This document shows positions 1 to 12,100 of a stretch of 20,000 nucleotides of DNA, one piece after another. How positions within the stretch are numbered: position 1 is the first letter of the stretch; every line of letters starts with the position of its first letter. The DNA is from Gonapodya sp. JEL0774. Its lineage: Eukaryota. The stretch is from contig JADIIX010000114.1 in assembly GCA_027604505.1 (NCBI GenBank), positions 51,296-71,295 of the forward strand, written 5' to 3'. Made by a program: the position numbers and the translations under genes. The notes beneath the pieces are model-generated. The model worked only from the letters and a program-made list of their open reading frames with translations. It ran no database searches and had not been told where the DNA came from.

Positions 1-1337
1 AACTTTGATCAGCGCTTCGTTCCTCATTTGGTAGTCATGGCAAGTATACTCTAATCTTGTAAAGTTGTGAGTAAGAGGTATATTTTTCAAGGCCAGGTAC
101 CCCAGACACATGTTCGCCGGCTCTAGTCTTCAATGTTTGATGTACGCGCTTTGTGATCCCATATGTTCAAACAGTGAGCGTAGATACAGGGGGCAGCAAA
201 AGAACTATGTCCTTGTTTCATTCCCGAAAGTCAGTCAGTGACCTACAGCACACCTCAATTGCGATGCACCGTGTTGGATGGCAGGCCGTGGCGGACTCTT
301 GTTGCTTCATTCATTCAATGTTCCCCCAAATCCGCCAGTCCACAATCCATTTTCGAAGACACCTCGAGCGCACTGGGCGATTGTTTGAAGGAAAGAAGTT
401 GTTGAACTTTCAAATCTTCAATCCACTTGTTTGTGCGCTCGTGCGATCACCAGTGATTGCAAGGTTGTTCACGCAAAAATATGAAGGCGGTAATTATCAC
501 GCCCTACGACACTTGCAAGTCCGCAAAAGGCACTGTTCCCAGTGTCAAGTTCATTCGAGAGAAAGCGAGAAGTTTCCAGAGGAAAAACACGCATGGAAGA
601 CACCAATTCCATGTTGCAACATGACCACGAGACAAACTGACCTTCTTCAGCCCACCCGTCAGTCCCGTCCCTCCAGCATTTCGACTGTTCTCCCCATCAC
701 GAGACCAGTCAAAAGACCATGGCCTCTATAGAGCCGGAGGTGATTCTTGCCTAAGACACTATTCAAATGTGTCAAGGCTGTTTCAGGTCTTGCTCCGGAT
801 TCACAACTGCGACCTTTACCAAGTCGTTAATAAATCATTTAGGAGTCTCCAACCGGCGTGGTTTCCACTTCATCCCAATCGCCCGGTCTCACACATATTC
901 ACCAAAGATAAAGTTCTTCTTCCGAGGGGCGACCTCTTCATCTATTCCTTTTTATGTGAGGGCAAGAAGATTAACTTTTCTCATCGAGTCGCAACAGAAT
1001 ATCAGTAATTTCGAGCCATCCGCCGACCATCCCACACAAACGCACTCAGAAGCAATTCTTGATGATTTTCTTTTGATGGAGATGCTTGGAACGAGGTTCA
1101 TTGTGAGAAATGCTGCAGGTCCCTGCCATTTAAGCCCAACTGCAAGAACCACCACAGCCGGGGCCGGCGAAAATTTCATAGCAGTTCTTGTCAAGAGAGA
1201 TTCATATTTCCCCGATTTTGAGCGGGCAGTCGCTCCGGATTGAGATTGGAGCATTACAGGGATGACTGCACACAGCATGGATTCGCTGTTTGATAACATC
1301 CCTCTCAAGATTATTTTCACTCAGCATCACAACAAGG

Positions 1338-2530
1338 ATGGCGTCTCAAATCTCCTTTACGGTGCGCTTATCAATTAGTAGAGGATCTATCTCGTTTTGT
1401 CTCCTGTGACCGCCTCATTCATGCAACGGTTGGTTACTCAATGACTCAATGACCCTTTGGCAGGTGGGCAAGCTGGATGCGGGGATGGGTGAGCTGCATC
1501 ATCACACCATAAAAGCGCTTCCATTCGCCGACCGCTTGTGTTCCATGGTGGCGATAGCGATCCTACTGTCCCCAGACCACCATTTGATCGAGTTCCCGGC
1601 GACAATTCTGCCAGGTAACGTCCACCAACTAGGGCCACTTCGCGTTTGCCAGATAAGCGTACGTGACTATTGTCACGCTACTGATGTCAACTTGCTGGCA
1701 GATGGCGTTTCCACTGGCTCCATCGTCAATGTTTCCATTTCGCGGGATATTGAAAAGGAAACGAGAATGCGGAGAGACTTCCTCGATCTTCAAGAAGATA
1801 TCTACCACGCTTTTCGCAGAAAGCCGGAACATCCAACCATTAAAGTTAAATGGGTCACTCAGACCTCAATCACCATTACCTGGGATCCGCTCGTACTCTA
1901 CAACGTGGAGCTCCGTGGCATCGATGTGTATAGAAATAATATCCGATCTCCCGGCCACTTCTACGGACCTACCACGGTAAAGCTGAGCGGCTGTGGTGAG
2001 TATCTCGAACCGGTTATTGTACCGTTTCTCAGTGTTTCTCACAAGAAGTCACGTTTTCTGCATCAGAGGTTAACACAGAGTATGAAATATTTATCGGGGT
2101 ACGGACATCTGGTGGTTCTCTCACCTCAAACAAGCTGATGGTTCGTACACATACACTCGACAACCTTACTGGCATTCGTATTGCATTCGGAGAATTCGGG
2201 ATTCCCGAAGAGGTTCAGCAGCTCAAGGAAGTGTGTCGTAGAAATGAGTGCACGTGGAGTGACGATTTGACTGTTGAGAACACTCACTTTGTCTGCACAT
2301 TACCACGTGGAGAAAAGTATCAGCGGGCACTGGAGCTGAATATTCCCATTGTGAATGGAGACTGGATTCGTCAGTGCGAAGCTACCAGAAAGATCCAACC
2401 TGTCGGCATTTACCATGTTGTGAGTGATTACCATGTACCTGTTCCGTGCTGTTGATTTTACGTAACTGGTCGTCGTATTGTTGAACACTTGAAACAGGCT
2501 GCTCGTGAGGTTAATATCGGGTTCTCGTAA
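1338..2530 (+). CDS. CHS5: Chs5-like exomer complex subunit (N-terminal dimerisation segment + FN3 + BRCT), 6 exons, ~261 aa
   Basis: Exons 1338-1361, 1464-1488, 1558-1614, 1702-1995, 2067-2419, 2498-2530 (all GT-AG; 786 nt, in frame). Spliced product MASQISFTVGKLDAGMAILLSPDHHLIEFPATILPDGVSTGSIVNVSISRD...KPEHPTIKVKWVTQTSITITWDPL...TTVKLSGCEVNTEYEIFIGVRTSGGSLTSNKLMVRTHTLDNLTGIRIAFG...THFVCTLPRGEKYQRALELNIPIVNGDWI matches the remembered Chs5 signature (TVGKLDA..A.L...DHH.IEFP..LLP), then FN3 and BRCT motifs. The last intron/exon is the least certain part. Confidence 0.9.
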
Positions 2531-3150
2531 ACTTGGTTTTGCATTGTTTACAGCGCTATGAGTGGGATTTGTAAAGCTGGAATATCTGAACAATTATGCT
2601 TGGGTTTGCAAGTTGAATTCCAGTCGGGAACTTTCGTTGTCTGTCTTCCCCTCCGCAGATCCTACTGTCGACTGATAAAACAGTTATCCCCAGCTGGCCC
2701 AACACTGAAACTAAGAGAAACTCCCAAACATTGTAGGTGGCAGGCTGGACTTTGCACACAAAATGTTCGGCGGGCCCAGTCGGAATTCCATGCTCCCAGC
2801 TAAGCTGAGGTGCGCCTGCCTCTCGCCAAGGGGTGCATTGGGGTATGTGGTGCCTGGTCCAATCGACCTGCCGACAAAATCGTGATAAGTGCCCCCCCGT
2901 TTGGATGCAAAATTTCATGACAATCTGTCAATTTTCAAAGAAGTGTTCTTGAGTGGGAGTGGTTTTTGAACCCTAAACCCCCTTTACCGAATTGTACCAG
3001 TCTCTCCCCAAGGGTCGACTTGGACTTGCGTTTCAGCTTTTCCAATCGGGCACCCTGAGGAGAGGCGAGCATTTCCGGCCCAGCTCTCCCAGCCTGTAGT
3101 GCTGCACTCAGCCTCAAGACCTCGACCACAGCACTAGCACGAGGCCCAAA

Positions 3151-6100
3151 ATGCCTCTACCAAAATATTTTCGCGACGACTTTGCTGGCTCATTCGGAAT
3201 GGAGTCCTATCTGGACCCCGTGTCCATCCATCATCGGAGTCGGATGACAGCCCAGCGAGCACGGATGATGCATGGCGCTTCAGGTTGGGTTGGTGGGAAC
3301 GCTCATCCTGATTCGTTAATGAACCGAAACGCAGTGTTCTCGGACATGCTTGTGTCTACATCTCTCAATATCTCTCCCCTTCTCCGGCCGTCTTCTGTAC
3401 CTGGAGAAGTCTCGAAACCTCCCCTACATCTTCCATCTCTTTCCACCTCTTCCCCCCAATCGTCTCGATGCTCTCTTGCGTCTCGTGCGCTTCCTCCTTT
3501 GCCTTTTTCGGGGCAAAATGGATTGACAGTAGCGCACTCCTTTAACTCAAACCAATCACGGGAGCAATCACCATCTCTCTCCGAACCCATGACTGTGGCG
3601 GAGACACGTTTACCCCGTCAGCAGGAGAGCGGAACCTCTATAACCAGTGACGTGCCTAAAAATGAAGGACCTGACATGTCCAAGTGTCTCGAACCGAAGG
3701 TTCTCATCCCCTACGTAAATCGGGCGGGTCAAACCCCCCGAAAAGTGGAAATTGAGCGACGAAAACGATTGTACGCGAAACAAGATATCACTGAGCTTCT
3801 GCAACAGTTTGGTGTAACGAATGACATGATGATTAGGGAGGAGAAAATGATGTTGGAACTGCAGCTTGATACTGCCTCTACTAGAGCGGAAGACGAAGCA
3901 CCACAATCAAGTCAGCCACAGTCCCTGCGTTCGGTTTCTGGTCCATTTCTTCCGATAAGCCTTTTTGACAATGTGGAGTATGAACCTCGTACTATCATGG
4001 AATGGTTGCATATGGATCAAATTCTTCCGGGTCAACTGGTCACAGACGGCAACACGGCACAAACGGCCGTGTTTGCCACTTCAACCCAGTCACGCAAAAT
4101 CATCTCGGCGTCTATGCTTGTCCCCGTGAAAGTTTTCAATCACGTCCGATGGCGTGATGCACTGGTGTGGGGGTATGACTTAGAGAAGGACTTGTGGGGT
4201 GTACGACTCACCTCAGTATCTGGTTGGGAATCTCATGGCGGCAAAATGTCAGACGCGAGCGAAAACGGTGTGCTGGCTAGACCCGCGTGGGCAGAGAATG
4301 AATTGACAGACACACAACTTGGAACCGACGAAACCTGGGTTCATAGGTAGCTATGAATGAAAGCGTCTGTTGCTTCCGCTTGACTGAGTTCACAAGTTTT
4401 CGCGTTGTCCCTTTCCTCGCGTAGAACAAGTCTCATGTTTTTGGCAGAAGACCCGTACAATTTTGCGAGGAGGATTGCAGCGGCGTTTGCCATGCGCGAT
4501 GACACAGAGAGAATCCTTGTGGGTGATGCAGGAACCTTGTTAACTTCAGCGATTATTAACGACTCATCTGTTCTATTTGGTGTTGGAAGAGATACAACTT
4601 CTATGTGGACTGCATGCCAATCTCCGAGGCACCTGGACTTGACGCCAATACGCTGGATAGAATTCGTCGGATCACTTTTGGATCCGGCAAAGTTCCTTTC
4701 GCTAGTGTTCTTAAAACTCTTGTGGCGGAGGAGCTCTTTGAGGACTTGAAGGTAGACTATTTGAAATGTCTCAATAAAATGGTATTTGACAGGGAGGTAA
4801 GCCACCTCAACTCAGCTTGATCAAGTCATCGAATCTGAACTCAACTCATATTGCTTGCGCAGGTTTGCAACCCTTTAAAGAGGGAAGAGTATGCTTTTGT
4901 GCAGATTTCAGCGCTTGAACCGAACATGTCTGTACCCAAGTAAGTTAAAGCAGGAACTCTAGTGCACACATGTGCCGAACAGCACTCCTGTCTCACAGAT
5001 TCGGAAAATGTCCTGATGTGCCATTCTATGATTATGATGAGCGTCGGCGTTCGTTCAGCTTCGCAACTTATTTCAGCAAAGTTGAGGTGATCCGCACACT
5101 TTCTCGCATCCGTGTAGAGTGTGATAAGCTTTTACATGGCTATTCACTTGTTGCGCTAGTCAACAAAATGGTGAAGTTGGATGAATTTGAGCAAGTTCAG
5201 GCACAAAACTTTCAGTTGCTGAAAACCGTCACGAGGGAACAGTATGTATCATAATTTGTGGTACTTTTCGATCTGATCACCTCATTTCGGGAATTAGGTG
5301 GATTCCAGCATTGAAGAACGCAATAAAAAGTGGCTTTAAAGATGTTGGAAAAGGCTGGTATAACATCCAAGAGTCCAATATGGAAGTTTACAAGATCTCG
5401 AAGTTTCGGAAGTTCATGACTTCCGTCAAGTTTCTCATGCAGGATACGCTTCGCTTTCTCGTTTTCAATTCGCTCAATGAGTACTTACGTATGTTCTCCC
5501 TGCCACTAACCCATAAGGTTGTAGTGGTTGGAACCAATGATGTGAAGATAGTCGAACGCAATGCAGGAATCCGCTTCACCGGAGCTGCGGAGCAATCACA
5601 TAGGAAGCCAGTATTTCAAATTGATTTGGTTTTCCGGAACGGTCGTATTCAGTATAGCACTGAGTTGGCACTCTTCGAGCGAATTGCGCTTATTGTTTTC
5701 GACAAGGCCCTCACTGCCTTAGATGGTCTGCCGCAGTTGGAACCTTTGGTGATGGATGTGATGTTTTGGGCAATGAAACCTGTTTTGGAGACTGTGCGCG
5801 ATAGTGAACCTGCGGTTGCACGGCTGCGTATGTCGGTGAGAGCTGCAGTAAAGGAGAGTCTGATTCCACTCGAAGCGTACCTCCGCCAGTATGATAAACA
5901 CCTAAAAATGCTCACACTCGATCCTTTGCAATACATGAAGCAATATGAGGCTCAGGAACATTCTTTAGAGGAGATGCAGAATGACATAAAGCGACACTCG
6001 CAGGATTGGGAACAGGTGGAGCGAGATATTCCAAGTCATATTTCTCTGGGAGTGTTCTACGTCGGGTGTGACGCAATTCGTAATTCTCTCAAGAAAGATC

Positions 6101-9100
6101 TTTCAAAGGTTATCCTTGAAATCCTTTCGAAACGAACATCGAAGTTGGCGAACACTATCTTCATGGAGTTCGCCGCTATTCAGCAGCGTCTAAGAGAGCG
6201 ACCCAGTAATATTGAAGAGCTCACGGAGCTGCGTGAGTACATGCAGGCCGTGCCTGATCTACAAGCCAATCTCAAGGAAAAGATTGCGGATATGCTTAAA
6301 CATTGTGAAGTTCTGGAATCTTTCCGCTACGATTCTTTAAACGAAGATTTTCGTGCTCGGTGGATTGCAGTTTCCTGCCCGGCGAAGGTCGAGGATTTGA
6401 TGAAGCAGGTACAGGAAGCTTCCGAGATTGACCACGCGTCATTCCTCAAAAGCCTGCAATCAGATCAAGAAGTGTTTAAAGAGCGTATGAATCTCATTCA
6501 GGGAATCATTAGTGATTTCAGCAAGCACACAGACATCGCAAAGGTGGGGGAGATCGGAGCCGAGGTTCAGCGGGTGACACAGGAGCTCAAAGATTGCCAG
6601 GGTTTGGTCAATTTGTTCAACACACGGGAAAGACTCTTCGGTCTTGAGGCCACGAAGTACGACGAGGTCCCACAGATGCTCAAAGATTTCGAACCTTACA
6701 GGAACCTTTGGGTTACAACTGCGGACTGGCTCAAGTGGAAATCCACGTGGATGCATGGCAGTTTCAACGAATTGAACTCAGAAGATGTCGAGAAGAATCT
6801 CACAAGCTCCTGGCGTACAATGTTCAAACTTGTCAAGGCCTTCAAGGACGTTCCAGGCTGCTTGGATGTGGCGAACCAAGTTAGGGATGAAATGGATCAA
6901 TTCAAGCCTTTCTTACCGCTCATTCAAGCACTACGTAATCCAGGCATGCGGGAGCGACACTGGGAGCGACTTTCGACCGATTTAGATATCACCCTCCGTC
7001 CCGTAGATAATTTTACTCTCACTGATCTCATCAAAATGAACCTTATCGAAAAAGTTGATCAAATCTCCAAAGTCTGCGATGTTGCAGGTAAAGAATTTGC
7101 AATCGAGTCCGCTCTGGATAAAATGGAGAACGACTGGAAAGAAGTGACGCTGGAGATTCTTCCGTACAAAGAAACTGGAACATTTGTCATGAAGGCTTCA
7201 GATGAGGTATGAGTCTACCACCAAATCACAATTTTCATTTACCGTTCCTCGTTGTTCTCTTCAAAAGGCGGTCCGCATGTTGGATGATCACATTGTGATG
7301 ACTCAATCCATGAGTTTTTCGCCCTTCAAGAAGCCTTTCGCCGAACGCCTCCAAACATGGGACACAAAACTTCGGACGGTACAAGAAGTAATGGAGGCGT
7401 GGATGGCATGTCAAAGATCGTGGCTCTACTTGGAACCCATATTTAGTTCGGATGACATACAGTCGCAACTCCCTGCAGAAGCAAAACGTTTCACCGCGAT
7501 CGATCGCGCATGGAGGAAGACAATGGGGCAGGCTAAGGCGAAACCGGGCGTCATCGACTGCTGTGCAGATGCCAAACTTCTCGAAGTGTTGAAGGATGCG
7601 AACAAGATGCTGGAGTTGGTTTCCAAGGGGCTCACTGCCTATTTGGAGAGCAAACGTATTGCCTTTCCACGATTTTTTTTCTTGTCCGATGATGAACTTC
7701 TTCAAATTCTATCGCAAACCAAGGATCCAACTGCAGTGCAACCGCACTTGCGTAAATGCTTTGAGAATATTGCGAAACTGGATTTCCAACCCGACAAGAA
7801 GATTACGGCTATGTATTCGGGAGAGGGAGAGAAGGTTGACATTGCAGAACCATTCTATCCAAAAGGCAACGTTGAAGAATGGTTGTTGAAAACGGAGGAG
7901 GCGATGCGAAAAAGCGTGCACAAAGTCCTACTGGATGGGCTCCATACTTATCTGCAGAAGCCCAGAACTCAATGGGTACTGGACTGGCCAGGACAAGTTG
8001 TATTGGCAGTAAGCCACATATTTTTCACCCAAGAAGTTGCAGAAGCTTTTAAAACTGGCCACTCTGGACTCAAAGTCCTCTTTGAAAATCTTCTCTTCCA
8101 ACTCCAAGGTCTGGTTAACTTGGTTCGCGGGGAGCTTCCGTTCATTCAGCGACTGGTTCTTGGGGATCTTATCGTGATGGATGTGCACGCTCGCGATGTA
8201 TGCAAAAGACTTTTGGACGCAGGAGTGCAATCAGAGAATGATTTTGAGTGGATAAGTCAGCTGCGCTATTATTGGGAGGAAGATGACCTGAAAGTGAAGA
8301 TTGTGAACGCTGTTTTCAAGTATGGCTACGAATATTTGGGAAACACTGGTCGCTTGGTTGTTACCCCCTTAACTGACCGATGTTATCTAACCCTCTGTGG
8401 AGCTCTGCAGCTGGGGATGGGCGGGGCGCCTGCGGGTCCCGCGGGCACAGGCAAAACCGAAACCGTGAAAGATTTGGCGAAAGCGTTGGCGAAACAATGC
8501 ATTGTATTTAACTGTTCTGATCAGTTGGATTACCTTGCAATGGCTAAATTTTTCAAAGGCCTCGCCAGTGCAGGCGCTTGGGCATCACTGGACGAGTTTA
8601 ATCGGATTGACATTGAGGTTTTGTCGGTCGTCGCTCAGCAGATCAGTACAATTCAAAAGGCTGCCCAGGCGGGGCTTACGAAGTTCATTTTCGAAGGGGT
8701 CGAACTACCCCTGGATGCAACCAACGGCATATTTATCACCATGAACCCGGGCTACGCAGGACGTACGGAGTTACCCGACAATCTGAAGGCGTTGTTTCGT
8801 CCAGTGGTGAGCTCAACGTTCTTTGCAAATCAACGCGCTTTGGTTTTGAGTCCGCGTTTCACATAGGCAATGATGATACCCGACTATGGGATGATTGCGG
8901 AGATTAGCTTGTTCTCGTTCGGATTTGCTAATGCGAAGCTTTTAGCTGGCAAGATGGTGGCTACTTTTAAACTTTCGTCAGAGCAGCTTTCCTCCCAAGA
9001 CCATTATGACTTCGGAATGAGAGCAGTCAAAACTGTCATTTCAGCAGCCGGAAACCTCAAACGACAGCTGCCCAACTCTCAAGAAGAGTTGTTGTTGTTA

Positions 9101-12100
9101 CGAGCGCTTTGCGATGTCAACCAACCCAAATTTCTTGCAGACGACTTAGTGCTGTTCAACGGGATAATCTCAGATCTATTTCCGGGTATATTGCAGCCAA
9201 AACTTGATTACGGGGATCTCTTAGACGTCATGAGCGCAACCTGCACCAAGCTTGGACTGCAACCGGTACCTAATTTCATCAACAAGTGCATTCAGCTGTA
9301 CGAGACCACCGTTGTCCGGCACGGACTCATGCTTGTTGGTCCCACTGGAGGGGGCAAAACCAGCTGCTACAGAGTTTTGGCCCAATCACTTTCCACTCTT
9401 CAAGGAAAAATCGCACCCACTGGTAACAAGTACGAAAAGGTGAAAGTTTATGTGCTCAATCCCAAATCAATAACAATGGGTCAACTGTATGGAGAGTTTG
9501 ATCCACAAACGCACGAATGGACAGACGGAATCTGCGCGTATCTTATCCGTGAAGGCGTGGATGAACATTCTAGTGACAAAAAGTGGTACGTTTTTGACGG
9601 GCCTGTCGATGCCGTATGGATTGAGAGCATGAACACCGTACTGGACGACAACAAGAAGCTTTGCCTCAGTTCGGGAGAAATCATTAAAATGGATGCGACA
9701 CAGACTATGATGTTTGAGGTGGAAGACCTAGCCTATGCCTCACCGGCTACAGTGTCTCGTTGCGGGATGATATACATGGAGCCTGGAGCCCTAGGGTTGC
9801 ACCCACTTATTGCTTCATGGACAAAAATGGTGCAAAGCCTCATGCCGAATGCAATCGCTCTGGACTTTGGTGAAATTGTGAACTCGCTCTTTGAAATCTA
9901 CCTGCAACCTGCCCTTGATTTTGTTCGCCGGAACGTGAAAGAATTTGTGGCGACCACCAACCCAAGCTTAGCCCTGAGCCTCATGAAGATTATGCATTCA
10001 ATGATTGTCCCAATTTTCAGGCAGGAGCAAAACATTGATGGCACCACCCAAGAAACACCCAACAAGTATTCACATTTTGAGACCTTTGTGGAGCCTTTCT
10101 TCTTCTTCTCCCTTATCTGGTCGGTGGGAGCAACTTCTGACTCGGAGGGGCGCAAGAAGTTCGACTCGTGGATGCGCGGAAAATTCAAAGAGCACTCTCC
10201 TCGCATTGCTTTCCCTGAGAACGGGTGTGTTCACGACTTCAAGTTTGATCAAGACAAGAAAGTATGGGTAAATTGGATGGATGATGTGCCGGAATTTATG
10301 GTACCTCAAAAAGCAGGCACAGAAGCTGTCCTAGTTCCCACCATTGACACCATACGAAGTAGTTTCCTTTTTGAAACGTTGCTGGCCAATAGTTGTCACG
10401 TCCTTTGCGTGGGTCCAACAGGAACTGGCAAATCAGTTGTTATTCAAAATAAGCTAATGAAGGAAATGCACGCGAACAGCACTCCAATCTTTATGTCCTT
10501 CTCTGCTCGAACTAGTGCAAATCAAACCCAAGACTTGATTGATTCGAAACTTGAGAAACGACGCAAAGGGGTGTTTGGTCCTCCAATGGGAAAAAAATTT
10601 ATAGTATTTGTTGACGATTTAAACATGCCTCAATTGGACATTTGCAGCGCCCAGCCACCAATCGAACTCATTCGCCAGTGGTTAGACCACAGTGGTTGGT
10701 ATGATCGTAAGTCGGTTGGCCGATTTATGGAGGTCGTGGACATCGTTTTCATCAGTGCGATGGGTCCACCTGGAGGGGGTCGCAATCCTGTGACACGCCG
10801 TATGACACGACATTGTAATCTCATCTCTTTTGTTGAGATGGAAACACCAAGTGTTCAGCGGATATTTGGCACTATTCTATCGTCCTTCCTGCAGAAGTTC
10901 ACCCCTGAAGTGCAAACTCTTACCAATTCTGTTGTGACTGGATCAATTAGGATTTATGATACAATTCGATCAGAGTTGCTTCCGACGCCTCTCAAATCTC
11001 ACTATACTTTCAACCTGCGTGATCTTGCAAAAATTTTCCAAGGTCTACTGAATGGCGACAACAAAACCATCACCCAAGAAGCAGATCTCATTCGTCTTTG
11101 GGCACACGAGTGTCTGCGTGTTTTCTCTGACCGTCTCGTGGACGCTGCTGATCGCGGCTGGTTCTCTGATTTGCTCAAGCAAACCATGAACGAAAATCTG
11201 CGTTTTGCTTGGTCACATGTTGTGCTCTCAGAGCCGCTCATGTATGGTGATTATTTGACTCAGGGATCTGATACCAAAGTTTATACTGAAGTAAGAGACT
11301 TGAAGAAGCTTGTCAAGCTTGTCGAAGACTATCTGGAAGATTACAATTCAACTTCTACATCGCCAATGAAGCTTGTTCTGTTCTTGGATGCCATTGAGCA
11401 TGTCTCCAGGATATGCCGTATTCTACGGCAGCCATTTGGACACGCGCTACTGTTAGGAGTTGGAGGTAGTGGCAGACAATCATTGGCACGTTTGGCAACA
11501 CACATGGAGGAGTTTGAAATTTTCCAAGTCGAACTCTCCAAGAACTACGGACAGAATGAGTGGAAAGAAGACCTCAAAAAAATACTGTTCTCTGCTGGTA
11601 TTGACGGCAAGTCAATTGTTTTCCTTTACACCGACACTCAAATTGTTTCTGAGGGTTGTGTCGAAGATATCAACAACATTCTCAACTCTGGAGATGTTCC
11701 AAATCTCTATAAGCCAGAGGAAATAGACCGTATTCTTAACGCCATGCGGCCAATTGCCACAGAAATGGCAATCACCCCAACTAAAGAAAACCTCCATGCT
11801 CTCTATGTCTCCCGGGTACGCCAAAGTCTGCATTTGGTTCTCTGTATGAGCCCAATTGGAGAAGCATTCAGAAATAGAATAAGAATGTTCCCTTCTCTGG
11901 TAAATTGTTGTACCATCGATTGGTTCTCTACCTGGCCGGAAGAAGCTCTTCGATCTGTTGCTGCTAGCTCTATTGCAGGTGGGTTGGTCTTTCTTCATGT
12001 GATCCTTGAATTTGACTGCATACAATGTACAAATGTTTGAAATAGAAATGACAGACCTGGGGTCTGAGACTGTGATTGATGGGATCATTGGCTTGTGTGT

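Noticed and set aside
31..44. gtagtcatggcaag as an RFX X-box for a ciliary gene
   Set aside because: Three mismatches to GTTGCCATGGCAAC, including the terminal C, and over 3 kb from the dynein start with another gene between. I saw no good X-box in 2531-3150.
153..1320. ORFs 153-731 (+), 767-1243 (+), 769-1008 (+) and 952-1320 (-) as protein-coding genes
   Set aside because: No recognisable family, several use non-ATG starts, and they overlap in conflicting frames. A vague resemblance of VLLRIHNCDLYQV...LLPRGDLFIY to PH-like domains could not be built into a consistent spliced model.
2969..2980. aaccctaaaccc telomere-like (telo-box) motif upstream of the dynein
   Set aside because: Under two repeat units; plausible by chance, with no supporting evidence.
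2556..3129. Short ORFs between CHS5 and the dynein
   Set aside because: No motifs or coherent splice model; best explained as 3' UTR and promoter sequence.
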